DNA of 59,258 nucleotides from a virus (taxonomy: Duplodnaviria; Caudoviricetes). The notes beneath the pieces are model-generated. The model made no database searches, was not told the DNA's origin, and saw only the letters and a list, made by a program, of their open reading frames with translations. Position numbers and translations under genes: made by a program. The DNA lies in the IMG/VR virus record IMGVR_UViG_3300033153_002543, positions 1 to 59,258 of that record; one strand, 5' to 3'. Shown here piece after piece: positions 47,980 to 56,827 of the stretch (within the stretch, counting starts at the first letter, position 1; every line of letters starts with the position of its first letter).

Positions 47980-50018
47980 TGATTAGTACTAGAGCCGATA
48001 TTGTTACTAGAAGAACATATAATAGACCTATAGATTTTGAAGAAACAAGATTTGAAACTTGGGATGATACTATAGATAGAGTTATTGGGCATCAAAAGTG
48101 GTTATGGGAAAGAGCTCTAACACATAATGTGCTAATTGATATGCCTTTACATGATGTAACACAAGACTTATTAGAGTGGGTACACCTATCTGATGCACAA
48201 ACATTAGAACTCGAAGAGTTACGTGAGGTTATGCTAGATAGAAAAGCACTACCTAGTGGTAGAACTTTATGGTTAGGTGGTACAGACGTAGCTAAACGAC
48301 GTGAAGCTAGTCAATTTAATTGTGCACATTTAAATGTGGAAACAGTATATGACGTAGTAGATGCACTGTGGTTATTACTACAAGGTACTGGCATTGGTGG
48401 TACACCTAAAGTAGGAACTCTAACAGGATTCAGACAACCTATTAATAATATTAAAGTTATTAGGTCTGAAAGAGTATCTAAAGGTGGAAGAGATAAAAAT
48501 GAGGAAAGCTTTATAGACGGAGTATGGACTATTTCAGTTGGTGATAGTGCTGAAGCCTGGGCTAAATCAATAGGTAAACTATTGGCAGGAAAATACCCAG
48601 CTCATACTCTAGTCTTAGATTTTAGTCAAGTTAGACCTGCAGGACAACGTCTAACAGGTTATGGTTGGATATCTTCAGGTGATGGTCCTATATCTAGAGC
48701 ATATCCTAAAATTGCTGAGATACTTAATAAAAGAGCTGGTGGGTTACTAACCAAACTAGATATTATTGAAGTATTAAATCACTTAGGAACTGTATTAAGT
48801 TCTAGAAGATCAGCTGAAATAATGTTGATGGAGTACGGAAGTGATGAATGGTTAGAGTTTGCAAAATTCAAAGAAAAGTGTTATGAAGAAGGTTATCAAC
48901 ATAGACAACAATCTAATAACTCTTTAGTATTCTACCAGAAGCCTACGCAAGAGCAACTTACAGAGATATTTGATAAGATGATTGCAGCTGGTGGTAGTGA
49001 ACCTGGATTTATTAATGGTCAAACTGCAAAGCGTAGAGCACCGTGGTTTAGTGGTATCAATCCATGTGCAGAAATATTACTAGGTAATAAGTCATTCTGT
49101 AATCTTGTTGAAATTGATGTAGCAAAATTCATTGGTAATAGTTCTGGACTACATAAAGTGGCAACCCTTGTTGCGAGGGCCAACTACAGACAAACTGTAG
49201 TAGATTTTAGAGATGGTGTATTACAAGAAGCTTGGCATCTTAATAATGAGTTCTTAAGACTATGTGGTACAGGTGTCACAGGTATCGCGCAGCGCGATGA
49301 TATGACAGAGTATGAGTGGAAAGACTTACGATATTCTGCTGTAACTGCTGCTAGAGGCATGGCTCATGAATTAGGTTTGCAACACCCTAAAAATGTAACC
49401 ACAGTTAAGCCTAGTGGAACACTAAGTAAAATAATGGATACTACTGAGGGAATACACAAGCCTGCAGGTAAGTACTTATTCAATTGGATTAACTTCAATG
49501 AGCTAGATCCTTTAGTACAAAAATTAAAGGACGCAAAATATCGATGGATGACAAATCCGACTGATTCGACTGGTACACTTGTATGCCTTCCAGTAAAATT
49601 TGAAAATGTAGATTTTACAACGAAAGAAGTGACTAGAAAAACCGGTGAAATTGATATATTAGAAGTTACAGATGAATGTGCGATAACACAACTAGAGAGA
49701 TATCGTAAGATTCAAACTCATTATTGTGACCAAAACGTCAGTAATACAATATACTACACTCCAGACGAGAAAAATAAAATTGTTTCTTGGCTCTTAGAGC
49801 ATTGGGACGTATATGTAGGTGTATCATTCTTGTTTAAGAATGACCCAACTGTAAGTGCTGCGGATTTAGGTTTTAACTATTTACCACAAGAATATGTAAC
49901 TAAGGTTGCATATGAAGAATATATGTTGGAAATACAAGAAGTGAATTTTGATAATACCGATTCTTTTGAAGAGTTAGAAGAAGATGAATGTGCTGGTGGA
50001 GTTTGCCCAGTTAAATAA
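47979..50018 (+). CDS. nrdJ: class II (adenosylcobalamin-dependent) ribonucleotide reductase
   Basis: PSGRTLW, FNC, RRSAE, NPCAEI, TTVKPSGT, C-terminal CAGGVCP. Confidence 0.92.
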   Translation: MISTRADIVTRRTYNRPIDFEETRFETWDDTIDRVIGHQKWLWERALTHNVLIDMPLHDVTQDLLEWVHLSDAQTLELEELREVMLDRKALPSGRTLWLGGTDVAKRREASQFNCAHLNVETVYDVVDALWLLLQGTGIGGTPKVGTLTGFRQPINNIKVIRSERVSKGGRDKNEESFIDGVWTISVGDSAEAWAKSIGKLLAGKYPAHTLVLDFSQVRPAGQRLTGYGWISSGDGPISRAYPKIAEILNKRAGGLLTKLDIIEVLNHLGTVLSSRRSAEIMLMEYGSDEWLEFAKFKEKCYEEGYQHRQQSNNSLVFYQKPTQEQLTEIFDKMIAAGGSEPGFINGQTAKRRAPWFSGINPCAEILLGNKSFCNLVEIDVAKFIGNSSGLHKVATLVARANYRQTVVDFRDGVLQEAWHLNNEFLRLCGTGVTGIAQRDDMTEYEWKDLRYSAVTAARGMAHELGLQHPKNVTTVKPSGTLSKIMDTTEGIHKPAGKYLFNWINFNELDPLVQKLKDAKYRWMTNPTDSTGTLVCLPVKFENVDFTTKEVTRKTGEIDILEVTDECAITQLERYRKIQTHYCDQNVSNTIYYTPDEKNKIVSWLLEHWDVYVGVSFLFKNDPTVSAADLGFNYLPQEYVTKVAYEEYMLEIQEVNFDNTDSFEELEEDECAGGVCPVK

Positions 50019-50204
50019 GGAGAAAACAATGAAAGTAGAGTATAAATATAATGTTTATGATAGAGTTAAAACACCTTTAGTAGATAACGGTATTGTAACT
50101 ATGCTAGGCTACCAAGATGGTATAGTTAAATATTTTGTTGAGAGTAATACAGAAGGTGCAGAAAATTGCTGGTGGATTGAAAGTAACGTAAGTAAGGTAT
50201 AAAG

Positions 50205-50228
50205 AAAAGGGGCGCAAGCCCCTTTTTT
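50205..50228. terminator. bidirectional intrinsic terminator between early and late blocks
   Basis: AAAAGGGGC-GCAA-GCCCCTTTT. Confidence 0.88.
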
Positions 50229-50652
50229 ATTGTTTTACAACTTCGTCTGCATATTTATAACATATATCTAACCCTAATCGGATTTTATCTGCTCGGGCAG
50301 CTTCCCTTGTAAGAAATTCCGCATCTGGTCTTGAAAGCTCTTTCCCAGTGGCTCCCTGACAGATAGACTTGGTATTTTCTGGTTTGTTTCTGCGACTTTC
50401 ACGCTGGTGCAACCGTTTAATAGCACTAGAAAGCTTAACATTAATAGTATTTGCTTCAGTGTATTGTTTTTTAAGAAACTCATTTATTTTCTCCTGTTTT
50501 ACCTGTTCCGCTTTACGCGTTTTTTCAATTGCAGATATTGTAGCCTTATTTACAGAATCTGCTAAAGATTTCTTCCCATGGCTGTTACCATATAAAAATA
50601 CAGCACCAGTCCACATAGCAAACAGTACAATTCCTACAAGTATCTTATTCAT
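50227..50652 (-). CDS. Rz-like i-spanin
   Basis: N-terminal TM, coiled coil, LSRPDAEFL...AD...C; lies in the lysis cassette. Confidence 0.8.
   Translation of the reverse strand: MNKILVGIVLFAMWTGAVFLYGNSHGKKSLADSVNKATISAIEKTRKAEQVKQEKINEFLKKQYTEANTINVKLSSAIKRLHQRESRRNKPENTKSICQGATGKELSRPDAEFLTREAARADKIRLGLDICYKYADEVVKQ
50274..50483 (-). CDS. Rz1-like o-spanin lipoprotein embedded in the i-spanin gene
   Basis: Lipobox LLNGC in an alternate frame. Confidence 0.7.
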   Translation of the reverse strand: MSFLKNNTLKQILLMLSFLVLLNGCTSVKVAETNQKIPSLSVREPLGKSFQDQMRNFLQGKLPEQIKSD

Positions 50653-50815
50653 TTTTCTTTTCCATTACATTAGCAGCACTATAAAGTCCTAAGCTAAAGA
50701 TGCAAATAGTTACCCATTCACTACCTGCTAGTAGACCAAGCCCTAGAAATATTGAAGCTAAGCTAAGTACAGTAAGTGTTAGAGCAAACTTTCTTGATCT
50801 AAATGTTTCATCCAT
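50645..50815 (-). CDS. putative holin (56 aa, two TM segments; not in the ORF track)
   Basis: MDETFRSRKFALTLTVLSLASIFLGLGLLAGSEWVTICIFSLGLYSAANVMEKKNE between endolysin and spanin. Confidence 0.65.
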   Translation of the reverse strand: MDETFRSRKFALTLTVLSLASIFLGLGLLAGSEWVTICIFSLGLYSAANVMEKKNE

Positions 50816-50816
50816 A

Positions 50817-51233
50817 TTAATCCCCTATTATTTCGAAATGAACTAAATCATCGAACTTATTATCCGTATAATCATAGTCTCTATCCCAATCCCCACCAAA
50901 TCGAATATTAACACCTTGTTTTGCTGCAACAAAGAATATTATAGCCTTTAGTTCGTAGAACTTAACTCTATCTTTCCATTCTTTATCACCCCAATTCGTT
51001 GGGATTGGCCAAGGTGCCACGTCAACGGCCATAGATGGCATTGAATTATGCTTACTATTTGGCCATTTAACCTCTGAAGATCTTTCATCATACTTAGCAT
51101 TTTGTGTTTCTTTATCCCGATGTCCTGTTAATACTGTGCAATCATAGTACTTAACTACTTCATTAAGTATATTCTCCCATCTAGTATCACAAGTATCTAA
51201 TAATCTTCTTGATTTACCACCAAAACTTGGCAT
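50817..51233 (-). CDS. endolysin, peptidase M15 (L-Ala-D-Glu peptidase-like)
   Basis: GHR...Q...SKHN...AVD...RFGGDW...DLVHFE; start corrected to 51233. Confidence 0.88.
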   Translation of the reverse strand: MPSFGGKSRRLLDTCDTRWENILNEVVKYYDCTVLTGHRDKETQNAKYDERSSEVKWPNSKHNSMPSMAVDVAPWPIPTNWGDKEWKDRVKFYELKAIIFFVAAKQGVNIRFGGDWDRDYDYTDNKFDDLVHFEIIGD

Positions 51234-51496
51234 TATCTTACCCCTCCGTGGTGTTCTTCTACGTGACCTTCCGTTCCATCTTGACAACTACACTGGCAGA
51301 CTACTGTTATAGGGTCTAGCTTTGTAGTTGGTTGCATAGTAGTAGACACAGTAATATCTTTAGTTTTAGTACCTGCATCATTCATATACGCTTGCATGCC
51401 ATTACTTCCAAATAAAGCAACTAGAAATATCCACATCTTATAGGTATCATACATCATTTTTAACTTACCAAATAGTTTCTTCATTAATAACTCCAC
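51233..51496 (-). CDS. hypothetical protein with a hydrophobic N-terminal segment
   Basis: 87 aa ORF in the lysis region. Confidence 0.55.
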   Translation of the reverse strand: MELLMKKLFGKLKMMYDTYKMWIFLVALFGSNGMQAYMNDAGTKTKDITVSTTMQPTTKLDPITVVCQCSCQDGTEGHVEEHHGGVR

Positions 51497-51864
51497 GTGT
51501 AGCCTATACCAAACCCCACAGTATTTATTGTTGTTGCTGATACTGAGCCACTAAACATACCACAATCTTTACAATCTCTATGTGCCATTGCAAATGAAAA
51601 TGCTTCTATATTATTTAGTGTTGCTGCGGCAACTGACTTTTGATACGCGTATGTACCATAATTAAAGTGATGCTGCGCCATTGCCATAGATAGTACTGAA
51701 GTGGTATCTTCAACTATTGTTGTATTGTTACGTTCTATAGTTACAGTTTCTTCTATAACTATAGTTTCTTCTATAACTATAGTTTCTTCAATAACATGAT
51801 GTGGATCTTCTGCTAGTACTATTGTTGATACTAACAGTATACTTAATATTAAAAATTTATGCAC
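51484..51864 (-). CDS. exported protein with YadA-anchor-like C-terminus and IEETIV repeats
   Basis: Signal peptide; SMAMAQ helix followed by beta strands ending GFGIGYTWSY; 18-bp tandem repeat at 51745-51795. Confidence 0.5.
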   Translation of the reverse strand: MHKFLILSILLVSTIVLAEDPHHVIEETIVIEETIVIEETVTIERNNTTIVEDTTSVLSMAMAQHHFNYGTYAYQKSVAAATLNNIEAFSFAMAHRDCKDCGMFSGSVSATTINTVGFGIGYTWSY

Positions 51865-52237
51865 AGTGTCCTCCTATATCAAAAGGATCTAAAAACGTTT
51901 TACAGAAATATCTAGCTGTAGCACCTTTCCACCCTTTATCATCATTCCATCTAGATACTCTTCCAGTGAATAATACTTCTTTTATATCATATCTAGGTAA
52001 TTCTAGGAATATTATAGTTCCTACTGTGGCATTTAAAAATACATCAATACCAAAGCCTAAAAATAACATTGGATATATAAATATCTTTTGTGGCCAAGTA
52101 AAGTCCTTACCTTGTTCTTTAAGTTTAAGATGCTCTTTTTTAATACTCATTATTGCTAAGTAAAATGTCCAAGTAGCACTCATTGTGATGTAGCAAAAAG
52201 CTACTATTAATATATTCGATATTATTAATTCTATCAT
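51857..52237 (-). CDS. hypothetical membrane protein
   Basis: Two TM segments, C-terminal LDPFD.GGHC. Confidence 0.65.
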   Translation of the reverse strand: MIELIISNILIVAFCYITMSATWTFYLAIMSIKKEHLKLKEQGKDFTWPQKIFIYPMLFLGFGIDVFLNATVGTIIFLELPRYDIKEVLFTGRVSRWNDDKGWKGATARYFCKTFLDPFDIGGHCA

Positions 52238-52251
52238 TGTTTATTCTCCTA

Positions 52252-53828
52252 TTAAGGTATATACGGACCTTCTCCTATTCCAAAACCAAAACGATAAGTT
52301 CTTATTTCATCATTAGTATCATCTATAAATGCAATATCTGTACTATTTATTGCTACTATCGCTGAATCCCCCATAGTGGCTATAAGTAAACTATTCCCCA
52401 CTGAAGACCAAGTTGATCCATTGAAACGGTAAGTCTTAAGGATATCTGTACTAACATCAATAAAGGCAACATCTGTACCATTCATAGTTGATATCTCCCC
52501 TGAAGCTGAAGGTATTGATAAACCACTACCTACTAAAGACCAAGCTGATCCACTCCAAGTATAAGTTCTTAATTCACTATTACTTCCATCTGTATATGCT
52601 ATATCTGTACTATTTAAGGCAGATATTGATGGAAAAGATACCGTAGATATTGACAAACCAGTACCCACTAAAGACCAAGCTGATCCACTGAATCGATAAG
52701 TTCTTAATTCATCATTAGATTCATCTATATAGGCAATATCTGTACTGTTTAAAGCTGTTATTGCGGGGAATGATATTCCTGATATAGTTAAACCACTTCC
52801 CACTAAAGACCAAGCTGATCCACTCCAAGTATAAGTTCTTAATTCACTATTATTTCCATCTATAAATGCAACATCTGTACTATTTAGAGCTGTTATCGCA
52901 GGGGATGACGTTGCTGATATAGAAAAACCACTCCCTACTAAAGACCAAGTTGCTCCATCGAAACGATAAGTCCTTAACTCATTATTACCACTATCTATAA
53001 AAGCAACATCTGTATCAGTTAAATATGCTAACGAGGGGGATGCTACTGTTGCTATAGAAAATCCACTCCCTACTAAAGTTGCCGAAGTCCAATTTATTGT
53101 ACTAGCTGATTCAACATAAGCAGTTGTAGCTATTTTAGTGCTATTATCTCCACTTGTTTGTGTAGTTGCTGCAGTACTAGATTGTAAAGAGGTTATATCC
53201 GTATTGGCCCCTGATGCTGCTGCACTTATAGTAGTACGTACTGCACTAGCATCAGCATCATCTACAACCGTTGCGCCAAAGGCGCTAATTGTAGTACTAG
53301 CCGGTACTGAGATAGTACTTAAATCAGCATCTAATCCTAGTGTAGCTAATGCAGTGCTTGCATCTGTATCATCAACAAGACTTGCACCAAAGGTGCTAAT
53401 TGTTGTGCTCGCTGGTATTGTTAGTGTTTTAATATTAGTATCTACTTCACTATCCATTAAAGCACCTGCAGCTGTTACATTAGTTACATCTGTTACATCC
53501 GCTAGAGCTTCTCTGTTACATCCGCTAGAGCTTCTATAGCATCTAGCTTACTCCCGTCTGTTGAGATGTCTCTACCATCTACTGTACCAGATACTACTAT
53601 ATTTCCTGCACTTAGTGTTATATTTCCGGAACTTAATGTTAAGTTCCCCGTAATAGTTCCACCTACTAAATCTAGTTTCAAATTTATGTGGTTTAATAGA
53701 TTAGTTTCACCATTTCTAGCATTTTCAACTTCAGTATCTATAGCTTCACTAATAGTAATGAAGTTAGATAGTTGTGTAGGATAATCTATAGAACCTACTG
53801 CTGGTATATAAGCTGTATAATTAGCCAT
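52252..53828 (-). CDS. tail fibre / receptor-binding protein, frameshifted by a 23-bp duplication (ORFs 53502-53828 and 52252-53457)
   Basis: GTVDGRD...EALADVT fibre motif, GANTDITSL, DNSTKIATTAYV and about six 46-aa beta repeats; duplicate CTGTTACATCCGCTAGAGCTTCT at 53490 and 53513. Confidence 0.75.
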
Positions 53829-54800
53829 TTATTCTCCTAGTTATTTTAGAATTCATATTTAACATTTATTGTTCCCGCATCAAATGTACCTGTTGTCACT
53901 TGTAAACTGACTTGAGTCATTATACTACTAAGTGTTTTTGAACCTGAAAAGGTATAAGCTGCAATAGTACCTAGGAAAGTTGACTGATTAATGTTCCCAC
54001 TAGCTACCCAAAGATTTGTTGCTGGGTCCATTAATTCAATATGTATTACTCCTGAAAGTAAGTCATCCGCTGCAACATTAATACCTATTTGGAAATAACT
54101 TGTTGCTGATATATTCACAGTACCAACACCATCTTTAACACCATTAGTATACCCACCAGATTCTAAACCTCCTGAATCACCTATACGTATAAATGGATTA
54201 GCTGTAGTGGATAAACTAACTTCATTTAACATTAAGGTTACTCTTGTACAACCTGTTGGAACATCAGTATACGTTTGAGCTGATCCAGACACTGTTGATT
54301 TTGGTACACTATATTGTGTACCCCCCGCAAATGGGTTAACTAATATCCAAAAGTTACCTAAAGAGTCCCATTGGAATATATGTATAGCATCATCACCTTG
54401 AATAGCCCCTATTCGAGGAAAGGATGCATCCCATAAACGCACAGTATTAACACCAGTACTATTAAGATTCAAAGTAACTGCCGTAGAAGTATTGGCATAT
54501 GCACAACGACAAATTAAAAAAGTACCTTCAGAAAGAGAACTAGGTAATCCGTCTGGTATATTTACTGTTAATGCATTAGCTGAGCCTAGTGCAATATAAT
54601 TATATACTTTACTATTCGAAATACCTAAAGTAGTTCTAGCTATTGCTGCTGATGTATCATCCACAAGACTTGCACCGAAGGTGCTGATTGTTGTGCTCGC
54701 TGGTATTGTTAGTGTTTTAATATTAGTATCTACTTCACTATCCATTAAAGCACCTGCAGCTGTTACATTAGTTACATCTGTTACATCCGCTAGAGCTTCT
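53365..54800. repeat. about 148-bp near-identical direct repeat shared by the two tail fibre genes (53365-53512 and 54653-54800)
   Basis: Both copies encode EALADVTDVTNVTAAGALMDSEVDTNIKTLTIPASTTISTFGASLVDDT. Confidence 0.9.
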
Positions 54801-55246
54801 GTATCTCTACCATCTACTGTACCCGATACTACTATATTTCCTGTAACATTAAAGTTACCAGAAGATAAAGTTAAGTCACCTGATGTTAACAATAAATTAC
54901 CTGTACTAAGTGTTAACGAGTTATCAAAAAACCAATTATTAGTTGAATAGTTCCAACCAAATGAGCTATCTAATGTGACATCATCATAAACTCTTATCTT
55001 AGCTTCAGAATTGACACCTGCATTTGGTCTAATCCAATCAAATAAAATACCATCGTTTTGTAATACTAAATCATAATCTTTAATTTTAATATCTGATTCT
55101 ATTATTTGTTCAGTTGCATTTATTAAATCTACTTTATCATCTTCTAAAGCTGTTACATCCGCCGTTAATGCTGTAAAAGCGTCATTAATACTTACAGGAT
55201 ATGTTGTAGAATTTACTTGGGGTATATATTGTATATAATTAGCCAT
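53846..55246 (-). CDS. tail fibre protein
   Basis: Paralogous N-terminus (MANY..YIP.V.S..YP) and fibre motifs; distinct C-terminal domain. Confidence 0.78.
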   Translation of the reverse strand: MANYIQYIPQVNSTTYPVSINDAFTALTADVTALEDDKVDLINATEQIIESDIKIKDYDLVLQNDGILFDWIRPNAGVNSEAKIRVYDDVTLDSSFGWNYSTNNWFFDNSLTLSTGNLLLTSGDLTLSSGNFNVTGNIVVSGTVDGRDTEALADVTDVTNVTAAGALMDSEVDTNIKTLTIPASTTISTFGASLVDDTSAAIARTTLGISNSKVYNYIALGSANALTVNIPDGLPSSLSEGTFLICRCAYANTSTAVTLNLNSTGVNTVRLWDASFPRIGAIQGDDAIHIFQWDSLGNFWILVNPFAGGTQYSVPKSTVSGSAQTYTDVPTGCTRVTLMLNEVSLSTTANPFIRIGDSGGLESGGYTNGVKDGVGTVNISATSYFQIGINVAADDLLSGVIHIELMDPATNLWVASGNINQSTFLGTIAAYTFSGSKTLSSIMTQVSLQVTTGTFDAGTINVKYEF

Positions 55247-55249
55247 GTA

Positions 55250-56827
55250 TTATACCTCTTCCATTGTATATTTTGATTTATAATAATTTTGTGCAAATTC
55301 TGTAAACTTTGGTACTTTTGTCATTTTTACTATCCCACTATAATCTAATTTCTTTTCGTTTGAAGAATCTTCTGGAAATAAACTAACAAATAAATCCTTA
55401 CGTAAACCTACGTTTCTCAGTTCATGTTGTAGTAGAACTCTATCATCTTCAGTAATAGTTCCAAGATTAAATTCAAATTTTCTATAAGGTATAGAAATAT
55501 CGGATCTTAAACTCCCAGCATCTGTTCTATATTGCTTAGTAGTTTCTTCCCAAGTTAAAGAATGTCCATAACCTATATTATAAGTAGGTTGTATATATTT
55601 ACCTATAATTAACCTTCCTAATTCAAAATAAGATACGTTACTACCTGCACTAAATAATTCTATTTTAAACCCCCTAATTCCAGTTTGTACTGTTGGTATC
55701 CATTCTACTATATTTGCAGGGGGTGAAAATTCAGTTTCTACTTTATCAACACCCCAAGCTTCTACACCCCATAAAAAAGAACCCCATTCCCATAAATCAC
55801 TACCTACTGTTTCTTCTGTTACGTTTAATATACCACTATCCCACGCTAAAAAATCTGGTAATAATTCCCCATCAAAATTAGGTGTTCCAATAACATTTGT
55901 AACAACAGGTATTATAGTATATATAGGTAATAGATCCCCATCAAAATTATGCCCTGTTATATCATCTGCAACTGTTATCTCTGTTTGTGTGGTATATGTA
56001 ACACTTACTATAGTGTATGTAATATTACTGATAGAATTTGTATCTCCTGTACAAGTAACAGAAGTAGCTCTATCAAATATAGAGGTTTGGTCACCCGCAA
56101 TATAGAAAATATCATCAGTAGGTTCTGTATTGTCTACACCGCCAGTTACAGCATATGTTGTAGAGTTTTCAGTTGCTCCACCAGTATTGACCGTATACCT
56201 AGCATATAGTGCTAGAGTACCATCGAAAGTTGCACCACCGGTTTCTTCCTCAACTGTAATATCTGTATTTGGTGTATTAAACACAGAACTAACTACTGTA
56301 TATACTTTATTAGATGTTGAGGTAGTATCTCCAGTATAATCAAATTTAACCCCTACTATATAATCAGAAGATTTATCAGTTAATACTTGAAATATATCTT
56401 GAGTTGGGGATGTACTATCGGTACCACCCACACAAGCATCTGTATACGCAGTATCCCCTGCAATATCAAAATTAACAGCTTCAGCAAAAATACTGGCATA
56501 ACTACCAGCAATATAGAAATCATCATTTGCTCCTTCTGTACCTCCAGTATTTGTATATTCTGTGTCTATACTACTATTATTATATAAAGATATTTTATAT
56601 TGTGTATCAATAACGAAATTATGTCTTCCTAACACAATAGCGGATACTTCTTTTACACTTGAAAAGAAACCTCTAATTATTTGATTAGTATTATCTACAC
56701 TTCTAGTTACTTTAGATCTAGCTGTTTCTTTTATATTTTCAACAGGTAGATTAGTATCCATTGTTGGATCTGCGGATATTGAAGCAGTATCTACATAGTT
56801 ATCTATAATAAATCTTATTTTACTCAT
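55250..56827 (-). CDS. tail (distal tail / baseplate-like) structural protein with internal repeats
   Basis: Late-gene position; LPVENIK...YFELGRLIIG...YRTDAGSLR pattern; repeated TGG.D.T.P..DIF...GDT modules. Confidence 0.65.
   Translation of the reverse strand: MSKIRFIIDNYVDTASISADPTMDTNLPVENIKETARSKVTRSVDNTNQIIRGFFSSVKEVSAIVLGRHNFVIDTQYKISLYNNSSIDTEYTNTGGTEGANDDFYIAGSYASIFAEAVNFDIAGDTAYTDACVGGTDSTSPTQDIFQVLTDKSSDYIVGVKFDYTGDTTSTSNKVYTVVSSVFNTPNTDITVEEETGGATFDGTLALYARYTVNTGGATENSTTYAVTGGVDNTEPTDDIFYIAGDQTSIFDRATSVTCTGDTNSISNITYTIVSVTYTTQTEITVADDITGHNFDGDLLPIYTIIPVVTNVIGTPNFDGELLPDFLAWDSGILNVTEETVGSDLWEWGSFLWGVEAWGVDKVETEFSPPANIVEWIPTVQTGIRGFKIELFSAGSNVSYFELGRLIIGKYIQPTYNIGYGHSLTWEETTKQYRTDAGSLRSDISIPYRKFEFNLGTITEDDRVLLQHELRNVGLRKDLFVSLFPEDSSNEKKLDYSGIVKMTKVPKFTEFAQNYYKSKYTMEEV

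Noticed and set aside
53365-54800. Diversity-generating retroelement (TR/VR pair) or invertible shufflon
   Set aside because: The repeats are direct, mid-gene, with a few largely synonymous differences; no reverse transcriptase or invertase is present in the window.
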